From positions 83,142,001-83,206,000 of the forward strand of contig OZ241826.1 of assembly GCA_965202585.1 (NCBI GenBank): DNA of 64,000 bases. Direction: 5' to 3'. Under the pieces are notes generated by a model. The model saw nothing but the letters and a program-made list of their open reading frames with translations, ran no database searches and was not told the origin of the DNA. The DNA is from Thalia democratica. Taxonomy: Eukaryota. The position numbers were made by a program, and so were the translations under genes. The first letter of the stretch is position 1; every line of letters starts with the position of its first letter. Of the stretch, positions 10,672-24,869 are shown one piece after another.

Positions 10672-11873
10672 TTATTTTTTCTTCGAATATTTGATGTTGC
10701 TTCCACTACTTGTGCTTGACTGGTTTTTCTTCCGTTTTTTAGTGCGACGTTTTGGTAAAACTGTTAAAGGGTCTTCCCTTTTAGCAAGTTGATAGAACAT
10801 ATAAAAATATTCATTCATTTCTTTAGTTGTTTTGTTTGGTAGATACGTCTTTAATAAAGATATTTTACAAATTTTATCAACTTTCTTGTTCTTTGATAAG
10901 TTTTTTAGATAAAGTTTGTATAATTGATCAAATTCGTAATGTCCCAAATTAAAACTTTCAACTTCATCCTTACTCCATCTTACCTTAACTTCTTCCCTGT
11001 CTGTATGTATTGTTTTGCCTTCATCTATTTGCAATCGTTCGACTGTTTCTAAAGCTGTTTTACGTGGTAGAATTTTCTTTAAAAAAGAATTTTTACCTTT
11101 CCTTTCTGATAATAAAACTTTATTTTCATCATTTTCACGGGATAGTAGATCAAAATCGTTTTTTGCTAAAATTAAACTATCAACTTCATCCTTACTCCAT
11201 TTACTCTTCACTTTTTCTATGTCTGTATTTTTTTCTTTGTGTTCATCGATTTGCAAACGTTCTTCAAACACTTTTTCATTATAACGATTTTCGGGCCTTA
11301 TACCTAAAAGATCAGGGATTTCTGCAACATTGTCATGAATAGGTTTTGGAATAACAGGTGGGTTGGTATCACAAAAGCTTAAGTGTGTTACGACAGCACT
11401 AGCAGTACTACGATTCGCAATTTCTATTTTATTTATTCTTTCTTTTAACGAGTCCGTTGGAGAAGCTTGCTCAGAACCTTTATAAATGCATTTGTTTTAG
11501 TTTTTGAATTTAGTAAAGTTGTGTTTTTTGTTTTGTCAATTTTCCAAAAAATCTCAATAAATTAGGTTTTACTAACACCTTGTAGAAAAAAAGTTTATTT
11601 AAAAAACTTTTGAATAACATTAAAAAAACAAAAATAAGATTTCAAACTTACTAGGTTTCGGTGACAAGTTGCTTGTTGTTACATCATTATTATGCTCTTC
11701 ATGCTTTTTATTCAAAAAATCAGAGATTTTTGCATTATTATGAAGTCCATGAGTTGAAGGTAAGTTGGCGTTAATTTGATTGATGTCGCTTTCAATACTT
11801 TCTGTTGTTCTACGCTCAGTTCTTCTACACTCTTTTTTTGTCAAAACTGTGTTTTGACTGATTCTTTTCGAGC
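10672..11873 (-). CDS. Protein with two tandem SANT/Myb-like repeats and a basic C-terminal tail (exons 11873-11652 and 11477-10672; first exon uncertain)
   Basis: Exon 11873-11652 is phase 1-1 with a GTAAGT donor; the 806-nt terminal exon is open. Two WSKDEV...LP.KT..E repeats lie 74 codons apart. The second ends EMNEYFYMF, like SANT helix 3, and is followed by the NLS-like KRRTKKRKK. Confidence 0.7.
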
Positions 11874-13801
11874 CTTTAAAAATGCTTGTTGTAACAATTA
11901 GTATAGTATTTGATTTTGTTTCAAGGTTGATTCGTTTTCTTTAATTTTTCGTTAACTAACTTTTTCAGCAACTGACAAAAATGAAGAATGGAACAAAAAT
12001 AGTTGTAATGAAAATCAAAAATAAAAATTAAACTAACTAAATGACGACATACAGCTGTTATTCATTTCACTTTGTTCACGATTCATTTTCATTGAATTAC
12101 AAAAGTTTATTTTATTATCTAGTAAAAATTTAAAATTTTAAAAATGCTGTAACAATAATATACTGTATGTCAAGTATATTTTACAAATTCTTAGCAAGTT
12201 TATAGTGACATAAAATTGGTTAATACCAATTCGTTAATCCGACCACAAGCTTTCAGTAGACTGAGAACAATTTAGTCCTTTTTAGGACTCATTAATAAGT
12301 CGTATTGTTATGATCTAACCTTACATCAATTTAGTCTCACTGCGTACGAAAGTCAAGGTTTAGACTCTGTAGACTTTTGAATATGTTTATTATAAAATAC
12401 ATTAATTAAAAAATGTATGCAAAATTTTAAGCTTTTTCGAAAATGATTATTTTAGAAATAATACATACGAATTGCTAAATTTAACTGGAGAAAAAGGTTT
12501 AAAACTCGAAAAAAAGTTTTTTAATATGAAGCGTCTATTTTGATATCATTTTTAAGTTTATTTAGTGCTATATTTGTAGTTAAGCTGTTTAAAAAAAATA
12601 AATTTTATTAAAAAAGTTCTGTAATTAAAACTATATAACATTTTAAAATCTAAATGTTGCTTTTAGAAAAAAAAAATTACAATTCATTTGCAACTTTTAT
12701 ATTTTATATTTGCAAATAATTTCATCTTTTAGACTACATATCTTTACTTTATATCGTTTTATTTTTTTGTCAAGCGTTTTATCATGGCATCAAAATTTGA
12801 AGCATTTAAACTGAAATATAAATTAAGAGCGAAAAGATAAATCAAACAAGTATTGCTAATTTTAAAGGGTTGCCGTAATTTTTGTGTCAAAAACTTGTCC
12901 TGAGACATCTTGAGAGTGTTTTCAAATTACAAAAAACAAGTTTAATACAATTAAATTTAAATTGTTTAACAAAGTAAGTTATAAAATATCAAATTACTAG
13001 GACTAGATAAGTTATAATTGATTTTAATATAAGATAAAACTTGCTTAAAAATTTTCAAAAACGTTTAAGTTTTTCTGAAGATTTTGTAATTAAAATAAAA
13101 AACGAGTTATCCTGAGTCTATTATTTGTTTCAAACTAGCCTAAGTTATTGGGAAGCTTTAAAAATTTCAAATTCATCTGAATTATCCTTGTTATTTGAGT
13201 GTGATTAAAAATGATTTTATTTAAAAACAACCATTATAAATTTTAAGGTAATAAAAAGTTTGTATAAACCTTACTTTTCACTAGTGTATATACGCTTATT
13301 TAACTATCATTGAAGTCGAAATTATTTTTTTTAATTCTAACAAACATTGACTTAAATATGGACTTCAAATGACAATTTATGTAAATAATTAATGCTTTGA
13401 CACTCTTTAGAAATACATTTTAAAACTTACACACTAGCTTTAAAGAAAATGTATACTATATAAAAACTATTTAAAAGATTAAACTGTGCATTTTACTAAA
13501 TTAAAACATACTGAATGTATACTTAACATTTAATTTTAATGATACATTTTATAATGTAAGAAATTGAAAATTTTAGGTAATACTAGTCAAATTGAAAAGT
13601 TTTAATATTATATTTAATATATACTTTCTAGTGTCAAAAAGCCATATAAATTAGACAATATTGTTGTAAACCCTCCTTTTTCGATTATGTTTTTATGCCT
13701 AAAAATATTATTCTGTGTTTACCATTAAAACCTAATAAGTCTGACAAACTATCATAATAAAAATAGTTGAAAAAATTAATTAAAAATGTGTAGAAACTCA
13801 C

Positions 13802-14177
13802 GACCCTTTGAATAGAGATAAGTTGTTCATCCCTCGACAGTGCAAAACACCTACTGAAGATGTCATTTTTAGTTCTTTATTATGTATTAAAATAATAATG
13901 TGATTAACAAATATGTACTATTAAATAGAATAGAGTATTAGTTATAATCAAACCATATATCTTACTTTTTTTTTATAATTAGATTAATGACCGTAATTTG
14001 ATACTACTTAAGGTCACTATTATGACAATTTTTAAAGCATGTCAACAAATACAAAAGTATTAAAAATAAATACGCATTAATAATACTTTAATTAGATTAA
14101 AACTAGTATTATCAAGAGATAAAGCAATGAGAAGCCGTCCACCAAAACCAACCGCGCAAATGAGCTTAGTGTTTAAT
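13802..14177 (-). pseudogene. Spliced WD40-like fragment (exons 14177-14104 and 13853-13802), with decayed paralogous exons nearby
   Basis: AG/GT sites and matching phases give LNTKLICAVGFGGRLLIALSLDNTIGVLHCRGMNNLSLFKG, which resembles a WD40 repeat. Copies near 16711-16757, 18576-18627 and 19640-19705 carry stops or a mutated donor. Confidence 0.35.
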
Positions 14178-14344
14178 CTGATTAAATGAAATTAAATAAG
14201 TCAAGTTTTAGTAAAAAACAAGTAACTTTAAATGTCGGTATACATAATATAAAAATCAAATACTTATAGTTTTGAAAATTTTAATATAAAAAGATAGTAC
14301 ATTATAGTTTTATTAGTCAATTGTTACTGTTTTATTCGCTAAAT

Positions 14345-14692
14345 CAGGGGTCGGTAAACTGCGGCTCGCGGGCCAAGTTCAGCCCTCAAAGTCAAAATTC
14401 TCGGCCCGCGAGCTACTTTACAGCCAAAAATGTACATTTTTAAAAAATTACAAAATTTATATTTTCTATTAAAAACTCACAGTTAGGCTCTTAACTCAAT
14501 AAATACTCTTTACTAGTGCTCTATTGTTGCTTAATTTGACATATTTTGGTCTAAAGTAATATTTATCTACGGATTACTAAAACTTCATTTAAACAAATGC
14601 GGCCCTAAAATTTTTTTTTTAATTATTAGGCCTGCTAGTGATTTTACCCAAGAAAATAGGGCCCACGAGCTACAACAGATTGCCGACCCCTG
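14345..14692. mobile_element. hAT (Charlie-like) MITE, 348 bp
   Basis: TIR CAGGGGTCGG(T/C)AA; flanks CGCTAAAT / GGCTAATT (6/8, degenerate TSD). Confidence 0.85.
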
Positions 14693-17600
14693 GGCTAATT
14701 AAATATTATTAGAAAATCTATCCCTTAAGCTTATTTCATAAACGTAAGAATTAAGTTTTTCCTTTGTTGAAACTCAGTGTTATCTTCTTTGATATAATAA
14801 ATATTTATAATTTGGTTTGAATTTAGATTTAAATTTTATTCTGTTAAATAATATCTCAAACATTATTGGGCCTTTTTTTTTTTTTTTTGTAACCATACAA
14901 ATGACCATATTGTTATTAGTTTATATATAGACTGTTTCAAGTAATATTCATTTGTTTTGTTTGAATTAAAATATTTTAGCAGATGGCTTGTAAAACAGTT
15001 TATATTATTAACTTTAAAATAAATACAAGTGTTAGCCTGAGTGTTAAACAAATTATTTTAAATTCAATAAATTTCTTTACTTAAGATTTTTTGTATAACT
15101 TATATAAATGTACTCAGTTACGAACAAATAAGCAGTTAAAAACTATTAACTAACCTATTGCTTAAAGTTTTCAGAAAAAATTCTGTCAATGATTTGTTTT
15201 CTTTATAACATGTATCTTAACTTCCTTCACATCTTGATTGAGATTCTTCCTTATCTGATAAAAAAAAAACACATTTAGGTAAATAAATTCTAGACTTCTT
15301 TGTTATTGATTAAAATTAATTACAAGACAGTTTTATTTGTGAAATTATTGAGTACAATACGACTTTGTCAAATTATAATATGTTTCAGCTACTTTTAAAC
15401 ATGTTTCAAATTTAAAAATATTTTTAATATTTGGGTTAAATATACATAACTTTTTAATAAAGGTCAAACTTTCAAGTAAGATTTACTGTAGAAGGTTGTA
15501 AAATGACTACTTAACTTGGTTTATTTATTAAAAACCACAGCTATAAACGCAATAAAAAACTTAGGTCTTCATTAAATAGTAAATGTGTTTAAGAAACCTT
15601 TAAACCTAAAAAAAATTTGTAACTTTTTTTTACTTTTATAGCTCTATAAAGACTGATCAGGTTAATTTTCAAAATCATTTTTTTTAAGTACTACTGTGAC
15701 AAGTTATTTATATAACAGAATGTATTGAGAAAACTAATCGTACGATGACATATTTAATATACTTGAAACTTTTTGATATCATATTTTCTTTAAGAAGGAC
15801 GAATAAATATTTATAATCCCTCTAAGAACTTTTATATTATACACACTTGAATTGAATTGAATAAATTTTGTAACACGTAAATTGAATTTTTTAAACTCTA
15901 ACAAAATCAGCAAAAAGATACAAACGTCTAATGTTTCAGTTTTATTAAAAAATAAAACTTGATTTTAAAAGAATTTAAATCTAAAAAAAAAATCTTACAC
16001 TAAACAAAATATGTATTTAACGTAAATATAAACAAAATATAAGTTTTTTTTAACTTAATTGAAGATTAATTTAGTTTGATTATATAAAATAATATATAAC
16101 TGATTCATTTACACAATTTCGCTAAAAATATTTTTGATAAAAATAAAGCCTAACTTTAAACACATGAAATTAAAATAGTTAATAAACTAAATACTGATTT
16201 TGCTGTTTTGGAAATAAAATAAAAACTCAACATTAAGTTACTTAAATATTAAACTGTTATTAACAGTTTTTATTTTTATGTATGATACAAAATATATATT
16301 TTTAATTATAAAGAAATATTAAAATTAAACAAGACATTTGTATTATAATGTTGTAATGATACAACTAACTTCTTTTTTAAATACTTGCTCTAAAATTGTT
16401 TCCAAAAATAAAATTTTTAGCTAAACACTATTCAATTCTGTGTATTGTTGTTTTTATATAAAATAATATATTTTGTTATTTTCAATTTAATTACTATATC
16501 TATTTTTTTGGTTTAATATATTACTTAATAAATAATTTTGAGATAAAAATTGTCCTATATGTTTAGTTTTAATTCAGTTTAAATATTAGAAAGAAAATCA
16601 GTTAATTAATCTTATTATTAGATTTATTAAATTTGAACAACTAGATAAAGTATAAGATTTAGTTAAAAAAAGTTTAAAATAAATTATATATACAAAATAA
16701 CAAAACTTACAACGGAGATAGTCCATTTTCACTCAGAAGTGCAAAACATCAACCTGACTATTAAATTTGTAAATTCAAAATTTAAATTTTTATGTCTGAA
16801 AAACTAAAGTTAACTCTTACAATTATACAGTAATCTATAATTACCAAAAATATAATTAAAAATTGCTTTCTTTATGAAAAAATAGTTAGAAAGCTTCAAA
16901 TCGCTATACACTAAATAATTTTTTATAACAGGTTTTACTAAGTAAATTTAATTACGTTTAATTGTAGTTGTTTAATACAATATTTTGATTTTATTATGAA
17001 TATGACAAAAACTTAAACAAAATAAAATAATAACACATGAACATTTTAGTTCTACAACATAATAAATATAATCCAAGTATATAAAAAAAGACGCTTTTAA
17101 TAAATGCAGTTAGTATAAGTAAAAACGCTTACTATAAATATATTTGACTTTTTGGTTACTTCAAATGTCTTAAAACTTTCAGTGAACTTACGTCTACTTG
17201 AAAGAATTCAATAAACGCTTAGTTAGCTAAAAGGTTTTTTAAAATTCCTGAATAAAGAATAATATATATATATGACGAGTAAGTTTATCTCTTTTAATAA
17301 AAGCCTATAATCTTGTAACCCGATATATGAATAAATTATTTAGTTTTAAAAATAAGGCTTACAGTTTATTGTTCTAACTAACTAATTAGATTTAAGTCAA
17401 ATGACCGTGAAACATCTATAAAACCTTTACAAACATTTTATGATATAAGTTCGTATCATATTGCATAACTTTCGTGATAGCTAATTCTAGTTTTTTTAAC
17501 TCTACATGAACAGCAAAATATAATTTATAATACATTAAGTTAAACGTTTAGAACTTATTAGAAGATTAAACATTCTTTCTAAAAACCTATAAAAAATTAA

Positions 17601-20059
17601 ATTCTAAACATAAAACAACAAACATATTTTTCGTAAAAATAAGCAAAATCTAAGGTTGTTCTAACTTAAATAAATTTTTTATTACAATTAAAACATAAAA
17701 AGCTAAAAATAGGTCCATTTGCACGACTTCACTAAAAAAATTATAAAACTTAAAGCTTACCATTTGAAAAACAAATTTAAATAGTAAATAAACTAAATTT
17801 TCACTAGCTGTTTTCGGAAATCAAGAAAATAAAAACCTAAAAACAAGCAAGTTATATAATAAAATGTTATGAACAGTTTTTATTATTCCAGTAGATCACT
17901 TTAGGCTGCTTAAAAATTGTTAAGATATTTTGGAGTTTATTTAATGAGAATGAAAAAAAAGCAAGAATGATTTTTTACTTACTCTAGACATTACTGAAAG
18001 TTTTGAAACTTACATTAAATAACACGAAAATAATTCTAAAATTTGATAGTTGTGTACGATTCATTAGGCTTATGGATCTTTTGTATCCACTAGCTAAATA
18101 GTAATAAACTTTATCTTTTTATTTTCTTGACCAATTATCCTAAACTTATATACATGCGTTATAGCTATTAACTTTAACACAATTTTGATTATTTTACGAG
18201 TTTTTTCTGAAAAGTGACATCAAAAACAAATTTTTGCTTAAAATAGTAAGTTTAAGATTTATTTAAGACATAACATTTTTTGTTTAAATTTTTATAAATT
18301 CTGTGTATGATTGGATATACCTTATGTTTATACAAATAAATTATTATCCTGTTATTTTTAGTATATTTACTATATACTTTTTTATGTTTCATATATTACT
18401 TAATTTATTATTTTAGAGGTAAAGAAGTTCATATATGTGTAAGGTTTAATTCAGAGTTCTATTAGGAAGAACTTAAATTTTAATAATAGCTTTATTAAAC
18501 TAGACAACTAGATTAAATATAAATTTACATTAAAAATGGTTAAAATAATTTTTATGCACAAAATAACAAACCTTAGAACGAAAATAGTTCGTCTTCACTC
18601 AGAAGTGCAAAACATCAACCTGACCATCTTGTATTGTCATGTAAAACTTTTTTATTATATTTTTGAGAAATCTAGATTATGAAAGTAAACTTTTACAAAA
18701 ATAAAGTAATCAAAAATATTTAATGTCATGTAATAAAAAATTGCATTTTCATATAAAAAAATCAATACTTAGCTTAAAATCTCTGTACACTAAATTATTT
18801 CAATACTAGGTTTTACTTAGAAATTTTTTTTTTGTTTTTTTTAGTTGTTTGATACAATATTTTATTTCACAGTATATTAAACTAATCAAGACAAAATAGA
18901 GTACCCACACATTATTATTTAGATGAACCACATAAATTAATACAATGTATTCATAAAAAACAAAACAACTAAAAATAATTTATAACATAGTTCTTAAAAT
19001 CATTTAGTAGAAATAAAAACGCTTTATTACAAATCTAATCTACTTTTACACATTATAGTTTTCTTTAAACTTTAAAAATAAATTGTAAAAAATACTAACA
19101 GTATTTGTTTATTAATAAAAAGCTTAAAAAATGCTTACTAATCTAAAACTGCTTTCAAAGACAAATATTTGTTAATGACGTGTAAACACTTTGTTCTTAA
19201 ATAAATACTTATAATCTTGTAATACGATATGTATGTAAACCAACTAATTTTATTAAAAAGCTCACAGTTAACTTAACGTAAAATTTCTTTTTCTTACTTT
19301 TCGAAACCAGCATATATATTTAAATTATGAACGAAGAAAAATTAAACTCAAACTAAAATGTAGTTTAAGTGTTTTTAAAAGTTAGGTTAGTATTTTTAAA
19401 AGTTGGTTAGAAAAAAAACTTTAATTTTCTTAATTACTGTTTTAATCAAATGTAGTTGTATTGAAAAATATATTAGATTGGTGGTTTTAATCTTGTGATA
19501 TAATTTTTGACCATTTACAATTAAAATAGTAACTATAATTTGATACTAACATCACAACTTTTAATGAACTTTAATGCATTTACAAAAATAATGCTTACAA
19601 TATAGGCTTAAACAAACATTATTTTGACAAAAAAAGTAAGCAAGGTAAACAACAATAAGAAGTTAATCGCCGAATTCTACCGCGCTAAAGGGTTTATTGT
19701 TAAAACTGATTTAGTGAAATTAAATAAGTCAAATTTTATCAAACTAACAATCAACTTCTAATAGCGATAAGCATTAAAAAAAAACTTAAAATCTTTTATA
19801 CTTAAAGTAAAAAAATATAGTACATGATAGTTTTATTGCGGTAATAGATAGTTTTTTATTGGCTAGTTAAATACTGTCATTAAATATAACCATTTCAGTT
19901 TATTTCCAACACCTAAATGATTAAGGTTTTCTTAAATGAAGACTAAAATGTTGCTTTTTTTATCTAATAGGTATCTATAATTAAAAAAAAATTGTTGAAA
20001 TGTTCTAGTTTAACATGGATTTTATTTAGTTCTCACTTTTTTGCTTTAAAAAAGAACGT

Positions 20060-21260
20060 GATATAGTTTTTTTCTAATGCAGAAAAAAAAAGAGCTTAGC
20101 TTTAAAAAGTACAAGAAGCCAGTAGACAAGAAGCCCTGCGACAAAAAGCTTGAGGACATGAAGCCCGAGAACAAGAAGCCCTAGAACAAAAAGCGAAAGA
20201 TAATGAAGCTTGAAGAAAAGAAGCCGGAAGAGAAGAAGGCCAAAAAGAACCATTATAGACATTTCAATGACTTTATAATTTACACTTAGGTTTTATATGA
20301 TATTTATCTTAATTTTTGTAGAGTGTGTAATTTTTGATGATATAAGTATTAAATTTTCTGTTTCTTAGAGTTTTTGATCCGTGCTTTAAAGTTAAGAAAT
20401 AATTTGGCCATTTAAACAGTTTTAAACCAGGCTCTAACCACTAATTTGAAAACTTGAACTATAATCAAGTAATTAAATCAACGTTTTGTCTTATAATTTT
20501 AAAGCGTGTTAACAGTCTCTATAAGCGTTTTTTCATAAAATGTTTTTTTATTTTTATTCTTATAAAAAACACTCTATAAGCTTTTTTAGTTTAATTTTCC
20601 TAATTTTCAAAATCATGTTATTTATTGGAAGGAGTTAAATTCTTTACAATGTATATACAAGATCTGAGGAATTTTCTTGCTTTAAATATAAGATAGACGA
20701 CATTTTGAAAGATTTTGGCATTCGGCAATAATTGGTGAAGGAGATGTGCTTTATTATTATTAATGTTTTATTACAAACGTGTTAGATTTAAGATGCTTCT
20801 TTGACTTAAGCTTTTAGATACTTATGAGTATTATTTAACCATTTGTGTTCAGTTGTACATTTTCTAGTTTTGAAATGTTTTGTAGTGATTATTTATCTAT
20901 CTGTGTTGTTTAAGTTGTGGTAAAAATGAATCTTTCGATTTGCATATCAGTTCTAAATGTCTTATATATCTTTTCTTTATTTTATTACACACAAGCTAAC
21001 AGTTTTATTGAGATAAAGCTTTATCGGACAAACTTTTAGGGATTTCAAAAACAGGATAAAAAAACATTTACCTGCTTGCGTGATGAAATTTATAGAAAAG
21101 TTTTAGAAAAAATACAAGAGAAATCAAAAACGCAGGTATAACACCTTCAATTGTTAAAAATTAAATAAATGGTAGAGATTAAGCTGGGAAATATGAGAAA
21201 TCTAGGTTTAAAATAATCGACCATTGCTATCGTGTTATTTTGCACGTTCATTTACAAGCA
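20060..21260 (+). repeat. Diverged segmental duplicate of 27760-28850, with decayed exon-like DKKPE repeats
   Basis: Colinear similarity over about 1.1 kb (for example CATTTACCTGCTTGCGT..ATGAAATTTATAGAA). The 15-nt GACAAGAAGCCCGAG-like units carry an in-frame TAG. Confidence 0.7.
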
Positions 21261-22499
21261 ACTCCAATTCATCAGACTTATATTTAAGCTTTTTAGGTCG
21301 TGCTTACATACATCTTTAATTGCTAGTATGCTTCAGTTTACTCATTATTTAATTTGTTTAAAATTGATACGGAAACTAAATTAGTGTGACTTGTTCTGTT
21401 GGCTAATGTCAAACTAGAATTAATTTAGGTTTGAATTTATTTAGAAATATTTTATAGGATTGATACTAACTTAATATGAGTCGGAGTTATTAAATCAGTA
21501 ATGAATAAAAATGATTGGTATAGCGGGCTAGCAAGCAGCCATTGACCATTTAAACCCAAGTATTAAACCAATAATTTTATTTTATTTGATTAGATCAAGA
21601 TTTGTTCTTTTAGAAACTTGATGTCATTCTACTCTACTTTCAAGAATGTTTAAAATTATGTCAAGTTAAATTCATTACAATTTTAATGTTTTGAAACTTA
21701 AAAACAAACCGAGAATTTCTAAAACTGATGTCAAAATTAATGCTTTCAGCAATTTATAAAAAATACCTAAAATCTTATAGACAAATTCTTTAAAGTTTTT
21801 TTTTCCTTTGTTTAGATAAATAATTCTCATTCAATAAACTGCTTTACTTTTCAAAAATTCATTGGTGTTTTTAGGACAATAGAGGATTTCTGTAGCAGTT
21901 GAAAATTACAAAACCTCCATCGCAGATATATATATATATTCTTGAATATATAATAAGGAATCCAGATGGAGCTTACAACAATATCTGTTTGTTGAAATAA
22001 AACTATTTTTAAGTTTTTTTACAAGCGATACTTTTTATATCAAAAAGAAAAAATGTTACTTTTAAATTAAATTATGGTGTTTAATGGGTTTAATTATAAA
22101 GACTTATAAACCGTTTACTATTATAATCGTTTCATTTCACCATGTATTTTCATCAGAGGTCAGTTTTGGATTTTTGTAGTTAGTTTGAAATGATTCTACG
22201 TAGTTTCTATTTAGATTCATACGCATTGCACTGGTCATTTTAGATCTTTGTTTAGATTTTATTTTACTTCCTTACTAAGTTTAAGGCTTTGCAATACTTA
22301 TTTAAAGCTAATTAAAATAGTTTTTGTATAAGCAGTAATTTTTTGATTCAGTTGCTAAATCCTCAATTATTGTACCTGATTAAAAACAATTTTATATTTT
22401 GTAGATATATCACTAAAAATTAAAAAAAAAAACAAATTAGCATATGGATAGTTTTAGTAACATGGAAATTTACGAATATTTCTTTTTGAAGTTTCCAAC

Positions 22500-22860
22500 A
22501 AGGTTGTATATAGACAAATAAATCTACAGCCTGCGGGCCAGTTCAGAGCCTGAAAATTTACGGCCTGCTTATGTTTACAAAATCCGTAAAAGTTAAATCC
22601 GGCAAGCAAAAAATGAAACTTCGCTCGTAAAAATAACTTTTAAATTTACAGTAAGTATTTTTGATCTTGAACTGGACAGAAATTATAAAGACAAATTGTA
22701 ACTTTTACGAAATATTTGAAACTAGATTTATTAGAAAAAAAATATATGATTTGTTAGTAGTTAAAATATATAGAATAGTTAAATAACTAACGTGAATTAA
22801 AATAAATTCAATTATTTCGGCCCTAAAAAAACTGTATTATTCTACATCTGGCCCGTTGGC
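22500..22860. mobile_element. Degenerate copy of the Charlie-like MITE family
   Basis: GCCTGCGGGCCAGTTCAG and CGGCCCTAAAA...TGGCCCG blocks match 14345-14692; the termini are eroded. Confidence 0.5.
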
Positions 22861-23789
22861 TAATTTTTTTTGCTTTCTCTATTAAATTTAGTGATTCTGG
22901 TAAAAGTATACTCTGTAAGTATTGTACGTAAAACATTAATATCTTAGAAATTTTTGATTTAAATCTTAGTTTTTTCCCATTTTTTTAAATGTCTTTGGTT
23001 CAAAATTAAAATTAGTCTGTTAGGCAACGTATGAGCTCGCAAACAAAAGTCTTATTTAATTTTTAAGATTTAAATTTTCTTGTTTAAAAAACTTTGTATT
23101 TAAATACTACAGAGTTTTTTTTAGTTTCCGTAAATTTTGTAAAAGTGTATTGCGATCAGGATAAATTTAACGTAGTAGACGGCATACAAGAATAACCGTT
23201 TTTAAGATATATTACTGCAATGATACATTAGCCAATAAAAACGATGAATTTTATTTTAATATAATTGTTTTAAGGTATCATTATGTTTTTAATATTTAAA
23301 TGTTTGATAAGAACTACAGTACAACTGTCAATATGCACAGTGCACACTGTAGCGTATATCTTGCACAAAAATAAACTGTAAGTGAATAGATGTAATGTTA
23401 AAAAGAATATTGGCTTACTATTTTATGTATGATATATAAAGTAATGTAATTTAATAAAGTTATGAATACTTATTTAAGTGTTACTAATTACAGCTAATTA
23501 CTATCCTACCTCTTTATATATAAAGTGCTTTATATTGTCGTTTTATTATTGTAACTGAGTTTCTTTAAGCAGTGAAACATCGGTAGTACTACATAAACGT
23601 TTATTCTGAACGCATTATCACTTTATAACCCTTCACTATTGTTTTAGCACTTTACTTTTATCTAGCTAAAGACTTTTATAGTCTATTATATTATAAATTC
23701 ATGTTAAAATCAGTATGTGTTTGTAAGTTAAAATAGCGTACAAAACACCTCAAACCAGATGTGTTTTGCCTATTGACATCACTAAAAAC

Positions 23790-24176
23790 AGGGTAAGTCG
23801 TGGGCACAAAATTGCACGAGCAGAAAATATTGCACCGAGACATTTTTGCAAAGGTTATATTTTTTAGAATTTTATATATTTTCATTTTACCACACTGTTG
23901 CCTCTGACCCTTATCGTCGCTTGGTAGTTTTTTTTATTAATAAAAATATTTTTTTTCGTTTATTTTTTACCAATCACTCTTACCCCTAACCCTTACCCTC
24001 GGTCATCAATTTTTTTTTGTTTTTTTTTACAATTTTCCCTGTATTTTTTATTCTTTTTTATTCTGATTTTTTAATTTTATTCCTGAATTTTTACTCTTGG
24101 GCAAAACTGTAACTAGTGCAAAATTGACCTTTGGTGCAAAATTGTCTTCCTGCAAATTTGTTACATGTATTCCAAG
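23790..24176. mobile_element. TTGCACGA-family inverted-repeat element flanked by 30-bp direct repeats
   Basis: Subterminal AAAATTGCACGAG / GTGCAAAATT repeats and an internal ACCCCTAACCCTTACCC motif. Direct repeats at 23760-23789 and 24177-24206. Confidence 0.7.
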
Positions 24177-24869
24177 TGTGTTTTGATTATTGACATCACT
24201 AAAAACCACACCACAATTTTAAAAGCAGAACATAGAATATATTAGTACTTAAGCTTTAACCAACCTAGATAATCTTAAACGCTTTGTAATTTTAATTTTT
24301 TGCAATTAATACTTGAATTGTTAATTTAAGTGAAAATAATGTTACAATCAATGTGTTTTAATTTCAGTTATTAAATTGCGCATAAGACATTTAATGTACG
24401 TTATTGGATGAACAAAAACAAAAATTACTTTATTCTTTTACATTTACAACTGTTTATTATAATATAATACAGTAACCTTTCCTTACACCTAGTAATAAAT
24501 CGTCTAAAAAATAAAAAAATTCTGCTTACTATTTAGAATGTTTACCCAAAGAAAATCCTTAAACATTAAAGTTAAAGAGTGTTCTGAATATGCCTAGATA
24601 ATATATTATCTTTAAGTGTTAATTTCTTTTAATTTTAGCTTCATTTAGTTGAGAGAAAACAAGTTTTTATGTTTTATGTAACAACTATTATGATATAAAA
24701 CTTAGTTGTTTTGTTGGTAATTATGAAGTTTCTTTTCAAACAAAATATTAAATTCATTATAAACCTCACTTTAATTCAATAAAAAGTTTTAACAATATTT
24801 TTGATTCATAACTTAAAATTTATTAATTATTGAACTATTTAAGAAATATAGAACAAAATACTGACATCG

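Noticed and set aside
11010-11342. Hydrophobic + strand ORFs 11010-11342 and 11015-11284
   Set aside because: Antisense shadows of the Lys/Glu-rich SANT exon.
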